A stretch of 64,000 bases of DNA. Source: Thecamonas trahens ATCC 50062 (lineage: Eukaryota; Protista; Apusomonadida). This document shows positions 23,365-36,000 of the stretch, piece after piece. Location of the stretch: assembly GCF_000142905.1 (NCBI RefSeq), contig NW_013657677.1, positions 62,001-126,000 of the forward strand. Direction: 5' to 3'. The notes beneath the pieces were generated by a model that saw nothing but the letters and a program-made list of their open reading frames with translations, was not told the origin of the DNA and did no database searches. The stretch's first letter is position 1; each line of letters begins with the position of its first letter. Made by a program: the position numbers and the translations under genes.

Positions 23365-25485
23365 ATGTCGGGAGGCGGCAGCGGACGACGGATGTCGTTC
23401 GCCACCTTGGCCAAGATGACGTCGGCCATGTCGCGAAGAAGGACTCGCGGGCCCGAGGGCATGCTCAAGCAACGGCTGGCAGAGGCAGAGGCCGCCCGCG
23501 ACAAGGCCCTCGACAAGGTCGTGGCCCTCAACAGAGCCCATCGCGCCGCTCTGGACGAGGCTACCGAGGAGAAGGCCGTGCTTGTCCTTCGCGTACAGGA
23601 GCTCGAAGCTGATGCTGCTGCCGCTTCTGCCACTTACGATGCCCTCATTTCACTGGCTCTCGAGATCGAGCTCCGCAACTCGTTATCATCATCGCCACCC
23701 TCTTCAGCACCCTCACATGCCGGGGATTCGCTGTCATCGCTGACTGATGGCAGTAGGAGAGGGCTTGCAGAGGCTGGTGGGCCGGGCGCGCGGCTGATGG
23801 AGCGAAGGCATGCACTGCGAGAGGAGAATCCGATGGTGGTACTCGACGGTGTCCGGCGGCAGGTGAGATCGTTACTGGCACAGGCCGAGTCGGCACGAAA
23901 GGCTGCCGAGAGCAGCGCGGCCGAGCGTATCGACGAGTTGGGTGTCAAGATCTCGGCGCTCGAGCTGCAGCTTGCCGAGTCGAAGCAGACGGTCTTGGCA
24001 CTCCGGGGCGAGATGGGGAGCCAGAACGAGGCAGTGTGGGAGCTGCGCGCTGTCGCCGACAAGGCGCGCGCAGCGGCCGAGGAGGCCGGCGCTGACGCCG
24101 ACGCTCGGACTACCAAGGCGCAGCGGACCATCGATGCGCTCTCGACCGCTAACTCGCGGCTTCGTGCCGAGCTCCGTGATGCCCGCGGGGCGCTGCAACA
24201 AGCTGAGACCCGGATCACCGAACTGGCCCGGCTCGAGACCCACGTGGCAAACATCAAGGCTGACCACGCGGTCGAGCTCGAAAAGATCCGGCAGCAGGCC
24301 GAGTGGGAGGTCCGCGCCGCAAAGTCGGCCAACGACCGCTGCATCGCGCTCACCATGGAGCGCGATGCCCTGCTAGGCAAGCTCTCCGCCGAGCAGGCCA
24401 AGGTCGAGTCGTACCGGACCAACGCGTCGGTGGTCAAGCTTCAGCGAGCAGAAGCTGCCGCCGCCCGTCTCCAGTCGGCACTCGCCGACCTCCGCTCCGA
24501 GAATTCGGCCATGCACCTCAAGGTTCGTGCTCTGCAGCGCAAGCTCGCCACCGCTGCCGACCGCTCCGACGATCTGCAGCGGAAGCTTGCCAACAAGCAG
24601 GCCGAGCTCGACGTGTACGTCGGCAAGAAGACCATGATTCCCGGCGGTGCCCGCCAGAGCCCAGGCCGACCGGGCAGCCCGGCGGTGGCCGGCACACCTG
24701 GCCCATCGGCCTCGCTCCCGTCCGGCAGCACCTCACTCGGCCTCACCACACCAGCGCAGGACGTGAGCACAGTGCCCGGTCATGTCGAGGCGTACAAGAC
24801 CAAGCTTCGCGAACGCGACGCCACCATCCTCGAGCTCCGCGAAAAAGTACGCGCGTTGATGGGCAAGGACCACGCCCGGCGCGTCGCCGCAAAGTCGTTC
24901 GAGCTCGAGCGTGCGGCGTACCTCAAAGAGATCGGCCAGCTCCGTCGGCAAGCTGGAGAGCTCTCGGCGTCGTGGGCCGGGGGTGCGTCGGCCGCACACG
25001 GCTCGTCAGCAAGTTCGTCGCTGTACATGGAGCCGCAGTCTGAGGCCACCGTCATGCAGCTTCGGGCCCGAAACCGGATGCTTGAAGCCCAGGTCGCCGA
25101 GCTGCACAACGTCAAGGCCATGATGGCCAACACCTCGGCGGCCTACACCCGCCTCCTCGCCATCGTCGAGTCGCTCGGCGTCAACAAGCTCGCGCTTGAG
25201 CAGGTCAAGAACTATGTTGCCTCTGGCGATGCTGCTGACCTTTCGGGCGCCCTTTTACGCTCGGGCGCTCGTTTGTCGGCGACGCGACGCCTCGCGTCAG
25301 CGGCAGCGATGCCCCCCGTGCCGCGGCCTCGCTCTTCTCAACCTCGCCTGCCCCCGAAGTCCAGCGCCAGCGGCTTAACGCATCCCTCGCTGACGAGCCC
25401 CGAAGCTCGCCGGCGTCGCCGATCACTCCGCTCACCACTCTTCATGCCCGCTACGTCGACGTGGACGGCGCCTCGCCGCAGCTGA
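23365..25485 (+). CDS. Long coiled-coil hypothetical protein
   Basis: 706-aa ORF with extended heptad-rich A/E/L/R segments and typical codon usage. Confidence 0.75.
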   Translation: MSGGGSGRRMSFATLAKMTSAMSRRRTRGPEGMLKQRLAEAEAARDKALDKVVALNRAHRAALDEATEEKAVLVLRVQELEADAAAASATYDALISLALEIELRNSLSSSPPSSAPSHAGDSLSSLTDGSRRGLAEAGGPGARLMERRHALREENPMVVLDGVRRQVRSLLAQAESARKAAESSAAERIDELGVKISALELQLAESKQTVLALRGEMGSQNEAVWELRAVADKARAAAEEAGADADARTTKAQRTIDALSTANSRLRAELRDARGALQQAETRITELARLETHVANIKADHAVELEKIRQQAEWEVRAAKSANDRCIALTMERDALLGKLSAEQAKVESYRTNASVVKLQRAEAAAARLQSALADLRSENSAMHLKVRALQRKLATAADRSDDLQRKLANKQAELDVYVGKKTMIPGGARQSPGRPGSPAVAGTPGPSASLPSGSTSLGLTTPAQDVSTVPGHVEAYKTKLRERDATILELREKVRALMGKDHARRVAAKSFELERAAYLKEIGQLRRQAGELSASWAGGASAAHGSSASSSLYMEPQSEATVMQLRARNRMLEAQVAELHNVKAMMANTSAAYTRLLAIVESLGVNKLALEQVKNYVASGDAADLSGALLRSGARLSATRRLASAAAMPPVPRPRSSQPRLPPKSSASGLTHPSLTSPEARRRRRSLRSPLFMPATSTWTAPRRS

Positions 25486-25648
25486 TGTCATCGGCCGCCT
25501 CGCCGTCTCGGCCGCGCTCATCGCTTGGCCTCCACTCGGACTCACCGTTGCCGTATCGGCCGGGCTCTGTCGGCTCGAACAGGTCTGTCCTCCGGGTGGG
25601 CGCGATGCTGTGACACTGTCGCAAGCTCGCACAAGTAACACCAACAGT

Positions 25649-27965
25649 TCAATACCGGATGATCGAGTCGCCTGGGCGGACACCGTCGTGCGGCATCGTC
25701 TGCTTCTTCAGCACCTTGGCCTCGGACTTGAACGCCGCGCGGTTCGCCTTCTTGCGCTGGCGCGCGGCACGGCGAGCCTCCTTGATGGCCTTTTTGCGGG
25801 CGCGCTTCTCGGCCTTGGTCTCGTTGGCCGGCCGCTTCATGCCCTCGTTGACGACGTTGACTGAGCCGTCGTCGTAAACGTACTCGTACTCGTCATCGTC
25901 TGCGGCGGCATCTGCACTGGTGCCCGAGCCGGGCGCAGGCCCGGCGTCAGCGTCGGCGCGCGAGCCCTTGGGCGCGGTGTTGCGGGCAGGAATGGTCGGC
26001 GTCGTGGTTGCCGAGCTCTTGATAGTCGAGCGACCCGAGTGGGACTGGATCTTGCGTGGATGATTCGAGACGTTTGAGTTGAGCGAGAGAATCGACTCGA
26101 CGTCGTGCTCCGGCATCTTTGCCCGCGGCTTGAAGCCCATGGCCGCATCGAGCTCGTCGCCCGGCTGCGGCTGCGGCGTGGTGCCGTCGACTTCAGCCTG
26201 CCGCGCCGCCGCCGCCAGGATGCGCTGGCGGAGGTCCGGCATGTCGCGAACTGGCTCGAGGAGGACCTCGCGCTTAAAATGCTTGCGGAGAACCTTGCCG
26301 GCGAGCACATCCTCGATGATGGCCTCAAAGTCGGCCACCGACATGTTTCCGCGCGTGTCCCGCGAAAACGGCAGCTCACCGATTTGGTCGATCTCATAGT
26401 CCTTCTCCATCATCACCTCCAGCCGCTCGTCGTCGATCTCGTGGAGGCCGGCCCGCGGCCGGTTCACCGTCGACGCCACCGAGTACGGCGTGCCGTGGAC
26501 CGGAACCATCGAGACAAAGGTCGACGACGCCTCGGTGTACGCCACGCCCGACTCGTCCGACCCGCCGCCAAACACCGAGTTGAAGCCCATCTCGGACCGG
26601 CTCTGCATGATCCGCTCGTACTTTTCAGGCTCCATCACCCGCGCATACTCGAGCGCCCACTCGGTGTCGTCAAACCCATCGGCGTCGTTGACCGGCTGCT
26701 CGGCCTGCGCAATCTGAATAAAGTCGTCCTGCAGCTCCTCAAACTCGTCCTCATCCTCCAGCGCCTGCAACACGTCGAGCGGCAGGTCCGTCCGGAAGCC
26801 CTCCGGAACCGGCGCAGCCAGGTTGAGTAGGCCCACGTCCTCCTCAAACTTGCTGGCAAGCACCTCGGCTGGCAGGCCCGTCGCCTCATCAAGCGTCGAC
26901 GGCGTGATCTCGACCGCGGGCTTGAAGACCGTTACGTCGGCAATCGGTGGTCCAAACATGCCCGGCGCGCCCACAAAGGTCCCGTCCGATGCAAACGGCC
27001 GCAGATGCTGCGAGTAGTCGTACATGTCGCCCGCACGCGTGTGTCCAAAGTACGCCGAGTATGCGTAGTTGTCCACAACAGATCCGTCCACGTCGGCATC
27101 AAGATCCGGATTAATCGCTGCCACAAGGACACGTCCCTCTGCGTCGCGCGGCACAAGGCTGTCGCCTTCCAACTGCTTTTCTCCCGACGCCCCGGCCTCA
27201 CCCTCAACCTCGGCCTTGCCTTTGCCGCCATCGCCGCCATCGTCCTCGCCGTCCGAGTAGTACTCGTACTCGTACTCGTACCCGCCGCCAGCGCCCTCAC
27301 CAGCCCCGCCCTTGAGCGCCGCAAAGTCCGAGGGTGTAAAGACGGCGTCCGCAAAGTCATCGCGGGTTGCCACACGCGACGACCGTCCGCCATCGGCCTC
27401 CCGCGCCACATCCGCCAGCTTCTTGGCCGTCCTACCATCTGGCACGAGCACCATCTGCGGCACATCAGCATTGGCTGCCAGCGGATCTCTCTGCGACCGA
27501 TGGACAAGATGGAAGGTGACGGCATCCTTGCGGTTGAACCGCTTGTTGCGTCTCTTCCGCCGTCCCTATCCCCTCCCCAACACAGACACACACACACAGC
27601 AACACACATTCGCACGCCAGAGACACGCACACATGCACACACAAACTCACATAAGTGACTCATACCCCATTGACTTAATCGTCTATACATGCGCCGATGT
27701 CCAAGAATTACCATACCATCGCCCCACCATGGCCATCCCCCTGCCGCTCATCCCTCAGCTGCTCTCCATCCATCCTGCCACTCCATCCCGCCTGCTGACT
27801 TCCACACACACACCGACGCTGGACACAGCCACAGCCACCACACACACAGCAACACTCCCATACACACCCAAACAAACTTGATGATACGCCCCTCCACCAC
27901 CACCACCAACCCTCTTCCTCCTCCTCCCCCCCCCCCCCCCTCAATCAAAGTCGTAGTCGTACCAT
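25649..27965 (-). CDS. LTV1: LTV1 40S biogenesis factor; probable ATG-only first exon (27965-27963), intron 27962-27566
   Basis: FHLVHRSQRDP, YDYSQHLR, DVESILS..SN..NHP, ETKAEKRARKKAIKEARRAARQRKK. Confidence 0.9.
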
Positions 27966-28729
27966 GACTCTGGAACACGCTCGCTCGTCAACTATGTCTC
28001 AGTTCGGTCGTCTCCGCCTCCACAATGCCTCCAAGGCTGCAAGCTGAGTCGCCACTCGCGTTTGCTCTTGGACAAAGTATTCCGGTGTTGGGCTGGACAC
28101 GGCAGCGAACGAACAACAAACACACGTGCGAAAAAAAAATGACATCGTGTCAGTCAGGATTGGGTACGTTTGGGGTCAATGCACCCTGGCAAGAAAACGC
28201 CCGCATTGCTCTGGTTACACCAGTCACAGAAAATGCACCGCACCCGAGCACGTAGGCTGGACGAGAAACAAACGTAGTAAGGGCGGACAAGCGCATCGCA
28301 AGCTTGCCTGCCATGACGATGAGGTGAACAGCGATGGATATCCACAACACTCAGGCAAGCCAGCCATCGTTATCCACGAACGCTGACACCGGCGCGCCGC
28401 AACCATCTGGTCACAGTCGTCGGTTTTCATCGCGACAACCGAGGCAACCTACCGTGGACTCTCCGACGGTGAGCAACACACCTAAACTCGGCTCTGTCGT
28501 ACCGTACCACACATATCATCCCACATAGACAGCACGATGGATGCAAGCGCACTTGGATGCATCGACACACCACTTTGGCCACGTACTGCGGCTGACAGGG
28601 CAGCATGGGACCGTAATCTGGTCGCCCGTTCGCCGCAACAAATTGGTTTCTTGTTCAGCCTCGCCAGATTGGCCAGCACATAGGCTTGACATTTTTCTCA
28701 CACCTCTCCCTGTTCAACTGCTTTGACCC

Positions 28730-30900
28730 ATGTTGGCAATGTCATGGAGCACCGCAATGGTGCTCATAGCCATCGTGGCCGTGACGCTCGCTTCAACGGG
28801 TGATACACGAGGCGTATCCGGGCTCGCTGTGGAGGCAAGCCGACCAAGCTCTGTACGGTTGACAGCGAGCGGTTTCAAGTGCGGCGCAGAAAACGTTTGC
28901 AACCTCATCGTCGACACGACAGCGGCAGCTGTTGACGGCGTGACCACCAACCTAGCCTCTCACCCAGGTGTGTACTTGCTGACGAGCATACGCCTGGTTG
29001 ACGTTGCCTCTCTGAGCTCCACACCCTCCCTTACGTCATCCCAAGAGTTGCTCGCCACGGGTGTCCGGATCATCATTCGACCTGATGCCGACCAGTTCCG
29101 TTTTTCACTGTCGTTTTCACGACCAGCCCCGCCGTTGTGGATGCTACCCTCGGCGCAGCTGTTCGTCCAAGCCGATGCGGTCCGCGGGTGCGGTCCAAGT
29201 GAGCTTGGTGCCGCATTGATCACAAACGACTTTGTTCCCGTCCATGGCACTGCGACTGCAGCGTGTCTGACTGGAGGCGACGCCGTACTCGCTGTGTGTG
29301 CCGATGACGGCCGGTGGCACGCAGCAGACGCTGTCGCCGCGGCGGCGTGCGCCAAGCGCGCGGAAGCATTTCCCGATGCGGCTGTGCGTGCTGCTGATGT
29401 CAAGCGGGGTATTCCGTCGACAGCGACAGACACGTCGAGCATGACCTCGCTCACCTCGATCGCAATGGCCGGCGGCTCGCTCATCGTACTCGCGACGATA
29501 TTTGCCGGCTGGGCGATATGTCGGAAACGGAGCCAGCAGGTGGCACCGAAGGGCGCTATCCGCATTGTGGTGAGGCAGCGCGCCGGGCAGAATGCGTCAG
29601 TCTCGTTTTTGGGTCCGACTCGTCAGTGCAGCAGCCGATCAAGATGCGCCCACGGTTGCCGTTTTCGCTGGCACCGAACACATCGGCAAGCTCGTCAAAG
29701 TCGTCACCAAAGGCCTGGATCGGCGGCGTGCCGCAGCCGGTACATCTCGATCACAACCTGCACCAAGGCCGTGCCGAAACGATTGAGAGCCAGCGGTCTT
29801 CACGGACGACTAGCTCGTCGGGAAGCTTATCGTCATCGACCACAAGCGACATCGACTACCACCCCGTGGTTGCAGTTGTGTGCATTGAGGAGAAGGACCG
29901 CATGGAGCGGTACTTTTCCCCAGCGCAGCTGCTTGTCGCGCTCAAGATGATGGATGAGCATGTGGCGGCCGCTGCGAGGGAAGGTGGCGGCCGCGTGATG
30001 CAGTATAATGTGCCTGGCGTGTGGCGATTGCATTTTCCGGAAGCTTCGGCAGTACGTGCCGTCGAGGCTGTGATTCGGTTGCATGACCGCTTCCTTGACG
30101 CCGCTTGGCCCGAGTTTGTGGTGCGTGTCGGCCGGTTCTCCAGGCAGATGCACAATCCCGGGGCGCAGAAGCAGATCCTGTGGCGCGGCATTCGAGTCTC
30201 GACAGGCGTGCATCACTTTGACGGCAAGCACTCCCCGTCGACCCAATTCCGGGAGGCGCTGGCTGTGACGGCGCGGACGCCGTCCGGTCATGTTCGGATC
30301 ACGCCGGGCGTGTTCAAGCTCTTGGCCAAGGTGCCAACGCACCGTATTGTCATCGCGTCAGCACGCCATGCGCTGTACTCGGCCGCGCTGCCGGACTCGG
30401 TCACGAACATTCGCGAGATCGGCTACACCGACTTGCCGCTGAGCACAAACTCGTTTGTCGCACCCGAGTACTCGCGGTCGACGCTGGCCATCACCACCGA
30501 GTCAATGACAGGATCAGGCCTCTCCGGCGTCCCGCGGCTCAATTTCTCAGGCTCCTCAATGTTGTCTGCATTGGAGCGTGGCAACCCCCGCCACCAGAAT
30601 TCTCTCAGTGCGTCGTCGGACACCGTAGCAACCTGTCCACAGAGCAACCGTCTCATGACGCTCGATCTCTCAGTTGTTGTCGAGAGTGCAGGGCGGACGA
30701 CGGGTCGGAAACTTCCAGTCATAGATGCGGCGATTACGTTGCCGTCGTCGTCGTCGTGTTCATCATCGCCATCGTCATTATCGGCATCGTGTCTTCATCG
30801 TCGATGTTTGCCTTCTCGACGTCGAGCATGGTGTAGAGCTGAAGGAATACACTGCGGACTCATCCAATTTCGTGGGAAAAGTACTCATACGAGTAGGTAA
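28730..30900 (+). CDS. Single-pass membrane protein with degenerate class-III nucleotide cyclase-like domain; apparent frameshift at ~29608
   Basis: Signal peptide and TM IAMAGGSLIVLATIFAGWAIC; second frame carries LHDRFLDAAWPE...LWRGIRVSTGVH. Confidence 0.6.
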
Positions 30901-31924
30901 AGTCCGGGTCTGACGGGTGCGAGTGGTACTCACCCCTTTCTGCGACAAACGAGCCAGTAAGGCCGCGTGAGTATACGGTGCCGGCGACAACGTGACCAGT
31001 GCTGCCCCAGGTATCAGCAGCGGCGTGCGACGACGTTGGCTTGGCCGACTTGCGACGGCGGCGGCGGGTACCGGAGGCGTGCGACGACAATGGCTTGGCC
31101 GACTTGCGGCGCCGCTTCTTGGTACCCGATGCCGTTGCGTCGGCGTTGCGGTGCTTCTTCTTGCGCTTCTTGGACTTGCGCTTTTTGCTGGTGTCTGCCG
31201 CCGACGCGGCGTCGGGCGCATCAGGCTCGGGAATGTCACCCATGGACGATCTTGTCTTCTTGACCTTGCGAGTGGTGGTGATCTTCTTCTTCCCCTTGCC
31301 CTTTTTGCCACTGGGGTTCTTGATCTTTGTGGTCACAGTAGTGGTCTTCTTTGCGCCCGACGGTGCTGCAGTGGTGACTCTCTTGACCTTTTTGACACCC
31401 TTCTTTCCGCGCTTGCTCTGCTTCGCCTTGCCCTTTTTGCCCTTTGCACTCGCCTTGCGCGTCCTCTTTGTCCGCCGTCGCTTCACTACCTCGACCGCCG
31501 GGGCAGGTGCCGCAGCTACCGGTCCTGGCTCGCTGCCACCCGAAGACGAGACAAAGTCCGAGGTGTGCAACGATCTCGAGTCGCCTCCATCCGAGAGCCA
31601 GTCCGAAGTTTGATACGTTCCATACGAAGACGAGAGAGTCTGTAGCCATCAACCCATCTCAGGCGCCCAGTCCCAGCCCCAGCCCCAACCCCCCAGCTCA
31701 TCACATCACACATCACACATCACACATCATACATCACACATCACACATCACACATCACACATCATACATCATACATCACAAATCACACATCACAACACAT
31801 CCCCAACCACTATGAGTCATCCCTATCCCTACCCCCTACTCCCCTACCTACCCCCGTCCCCCTTCCCCCTTCCCACTTTGTTCCCGCCCACAGCCTCCCT
31901 CCCCCCCTTCTCCCCTCAACCACC

Positions 31925-31979
<55 letters not shown>

Positions 31980-31997
31980 CACCTCTTCAACACCCAT
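30860..31997 (-). CDS. Lys/Arg-rich low-complexity hypothetical protein; probable exons 31997-31980, 31639-30860
   Basis: ORF 30860-31570 can be extended to a phase-0 TACAG acceptor; upstream MGVEEV|GTATGT. Confidence 0.55.
31699..31976. repeat. (CACAT)n and (CA)n microsatellites in an intron
   Basis: Pentamer array ~31699-31800; CA run ~31927-31976. Confidence 0.9.
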
Positions 31998-32448
31998 AAC
32001 TATGTTCTCTCCTTCTTGTGTAACTCTACTACACAACTAGAGAGTCAAGTACCGCCCACTTGCCGACTTCCTCCTGCTCCTGAACTCCCCCCCCCCATTA
32101 CCTGACTCACCCGGCCCGCACTCTGCACACTCTGTTGGAGCCATCATGGGCATTCTTACCCAACTTGCCGCTCGGTGGTTGACGCTCACATGCCTGTACT
32201 CATTCAATCGCCGCCATCCTTCTCTGCCACGGTTGCTCGCAAGTAAGCTACTAGCTGGACGGTTGATGAGGCCACCAAGGCCAACGATGAGGTACAGCAA
32301 GACTCGGCAGAGATGTACCTGCGAGTAGCCCTGCTGATACACATCCTGCACGTGCCATGCTGGCAATGTCCACAGCACTACCGGTATGCCGACCTTAGCG
32401 AGCGCACATCCAGATCGTGGACCGGCACGCAAACAACAGCAAAGATCG

Positions 32449-32543
32449 GTTCGGCTTCGGCTGCGCTCGGCTCGGCCTGCGCTCGGCTTGGCCTGCGCTC
32501 GGCTTGGCCTGCGCTCGGCTTCGGCTGCACTCGGCTTGGCCTT
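32449..32543. repeat. 16-bp tandem repeat, about 6 degenerate copies
   Basis: CTCGGCTTGGCCTGCG units. Confidence 0.85.
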
Positions 32544-32567
32544 GTGCGGCAGCGCGCAGTGAGCTGC

Positions 32568-32990
32568 TCAAGCAAGGGGCTGCCACTGCTTCTTGAGGGC
32601 ACCCTTGATGCGAACCTCACGACCGTCCGAGAGACCACGCCATGTAAGGACACCGTATGCTTTTCCCTTTGCCACCTTGCCAGCCTTGTTTGGCACAGGC
32701 TCGACCCGAGTCACCGTCCAGTAGCATGCCGGGAAGTGCGACCAGATCGCCCGCGTCACCTTGCTGCCCACGCCCCACTTGGCGTCGGTACCCAGGACCT
32801 GTTCCCACACACACAAACACAAGCCCAACCATGAGTCACACCCTTTCCTTCCTCCCCTCTTTCCCTCCCTCCCTTCCCTCCCTTCCCCTTTCCCTCCTCC
32901 CCCCTTCCCCCCACCCACCCCCCCTTCTCCCGCCTCCCCCCCCCACTCCTGGCATCCCCCTCTCCGCCGCATACCTCAAACAAACAGGTT
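32568..32990 (-). CDS. MRPS34: Mitochondrial ribosomal protein mS34-like; intron 32974-32799, start not resolved
   Basis: LFE|VL..KWGVGSKVTR..W....CYWTVTRV...GKAYGVLTWRG...KKQW. Confidence 0.75.
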
Positions 32991-33065
32991 GACCCGACCA
33001 GCACCAGGGCCAGAAGCACACCCCACACACACACACACACACAGCTTACACACGCACATACCTTT

Positions 33066-36000
33066 ATGGCTCTCAACCTGGAACTCTACGACGAGTTCGG
33101 CAACTACGTCGGCCCGCCACTCTCGTCCTCATCCTCCTCGGCCTCGTCGTCTTCGTCAGACACCGACTCTGACGACGAAGGTGGTGCAATTAGTGGTGGT
33201 GGTAGTAGACTCGGTGGTAGTGGTGGTAGTGGTGGTAGTGTGGCAGATACTGCTGCTGCTCTTCATGCGCCTGTGAGAGTCAGAGATACCTCGTCGTCTA
33301 TCGTTCTGGCCGAGGACAAGGTATACTATGCTAGCTCTGCAGAGGTCTTTGGTCAAGGTGTGGAGACCATTGTGGCTACTGCTGATCGACGCTCTCTCAA
33401 CGAACCTCTTGTGGCACCACATGCTGGCAAGCAATCTGACGTCAACTTTGTCAATGATTATGTGGCTAAAGTCGACGAGACTACCTCGGCCGGTGATCCT
33501 GTCCCGCGCCTTGTCTACTCGCCCGAGTACTTGGCTGCTACTGCTCGCGACCCGCGCCGGGTTCGCTGCCTCGCCCTCGTCGGTCCACTTCACTCAGGCA
33601 AGACCCTCCTCGCAGACGTCCTCCTCGCCGATGCCCACGCCGACCGCTCGCTCTTTGCCGGCGCAAAGTCCAAGGTCTCGCTCGGCAACATGACCCGCGA
33701 GTCGGCTTTTACCGCCACCGTCGCCGACCTTGCCACTCCGCACCTCCCGGACATCCTCCCGCTTGGCAAGTCGCGCTTCCTCGACTCCCGCGCCGACGAG
33801 ATGGCCCGCCGCATCTCCATCAAGTCCTCGCCGGCCACCGTGCTCCTCCCCGACGCCGCCGGCCGCTCGCACGTCCTCAACATCATGGACACTCCGGGTC
33901 ACGTCGCCATGCGCGGTGAAGTTGCCCCCGCCCTCCGCGTCGCCGACGGCGTTGTCCTTGTCGTCGACGCTGTCGAGGGCCTGCTCGCCCGCGGCAAGGC
34001 CCTCATCGCAGCCGCAGCAGCCGGAGCTCTCCCGCTCGTCCTGGTCATCAACAAGCTTGACCGCCTCGTCCTCGAAGCCCGCCTCCCGCCCAAAGACGCC
34101 TACCATAAGCTCCGCCACCTCATCGAGGCCGTCAACGACGAGCTCGCCCTCGTCTCCTCCGGCACCTCCATCCCCTCGGTCTCCCCCGTCGACGGCTCGG
34201 TCGTGTTTGCCTCGGCCCTCCACGGCTGGACCCTCTCGCTCCCACTGCTAGCCGCCCGCACCCTCGCCGCCTCGCCCGCACACCCGGACAACCCGGCCGC
34301 CGTCCCGCCTGCCGCTGTCGCCGCACTCGCCAAGCGCCTCTGGGGCGACGCCTACTACTCGCCCGCCTCGGCGAAGTTTACCAAGCGCCCGCCGTCCAAG
34401 TCGGCCCCGCGCTCGTTTGTCACCTTTGTCCTCGAACCCATGTACAAGATCTACACCGCCGGCCTCACCACCCCGCCCGCCGCCCTTCCAGATGTCATGG
34501 CCGCCCACGGCGTTGCCCTCACCCCCGCTGAAGCTGCCTCGCACCCGGCCACCCTCCTCCGCCTCCTCGCAAGCCGCGCGCTCTGTGGTGCGCCATGGGA
34601 GCCTTCAACCGCCCTCGTTGCCGCTGTCGCCAGACATCTCCCACACCCGGTCGCCGCCCTCGGCCCCAAGCTCGCCCTCGCCTACATGGGTCCGCCCATT
34701 GCCCTCATCCCGCGTGCCGAAGATGACCCGGCCCCCTCGGCCGCCGGCGCCGCTGACCCTTTCGGCCTTGTCGCCTATGAGTCCGAGCTTGCCGACACCG
34801 CCCCGCCGTCCTCGCAAATTCTCAGCCTCGACGACGCCACCGTCCCGGCATCGCCGGCACACCTCCTCGTCAACGTCGTCAAGCTCTACCCTTGGGGCGG
34901 TGCCGGCGCCCTCGTCGCTTTTGGCCGCGTCGTCGCTGGCACCCTCACCGCAGGCGCCTCCGTCACCCTCCTCGAAGAGGGCTACGTCCCCGGCGGCCGC
35001 TTCGGCGCCGCCCCCGATGAGGGCACCTCGGCCGTCACCGTCTCCAAGCTCTGGATCCCTGTCGGCCGCTACCGCATCGCCGTTCCGTCCGCAGGCCCCG
35101 GCGCCTGGGTTTACATCGGTGGCATCGCGTCTTCGTTTGCCCGCACCGCAACCCTGGTTGCCCCCGATGCCCTCCGCCCGACGCCGGACGTCTACGCCTT
35201 TGCCCCGCTCCCGCTTGACGTCGACAACGAAGCCGTTGTCAAGCTCGCCCTCGAGCCGCTTGTCCCCTCGGAACTGCCCAAAATGCTCGACGGCCTCCAC
35301 AAGCTCCGTCAGACCTACCCGCTCCTCGAGACCCGCGTTGAAGAGTCTGGCGAGCGCCTCATCTTTGGCACCGGCGAACTCATGCTCGACTCGGCCCTCG
35401 CCGACCTGCGCAACGAGTTTGCAGGCATCGAGATCAAGGTCTCAGACCCGGCCGTCAAGTTCTGCGAGACCGTCGTCGAGCCATCGTCGCTCCAGACCTA
35501 TGCCACAACGCCCAACGGCGCAAACACCCTCACCGTCATGGCCGAGCCGCTCGGACGTCCGCTCACAAACGACCTTGCCGCCGGCGAGCTCTCCCTCGCC
35601 TGGGAGCCCGACGACCTAATCGACGTCATGGAGTCCAAGTACAACTGGGACGCCCTCGCCGCAGCCTCCATCTGGGCCTTTGGCCCGGACCCGGCCCGCG
35701 GACCCAACATGCTCCTCGATGACACCCTCGCCGGCGGCTGCGACCCGGCGTCTGTCGCCCCTGCTCGCGCTGCCATCACTCAGGGCTTCCGCTGGGCCAC
35801 AAAGGCCGGCCCGCTCTGCGACGAGCCCGTTCGTGGCGTTCGCTTCTCGCTCCTCGACGCCACTCTCGCTGATGCCTACGCCGACCGCTCCTCCGGCCAG
35901 ATCATCCCCACCATGCGTCGCGTCACATACGCCTCCATGCTCATGGCCACACCGCGCCTCATGGAGCCCATTTACGCCGTCGAAATCTACACTCCGCCAG

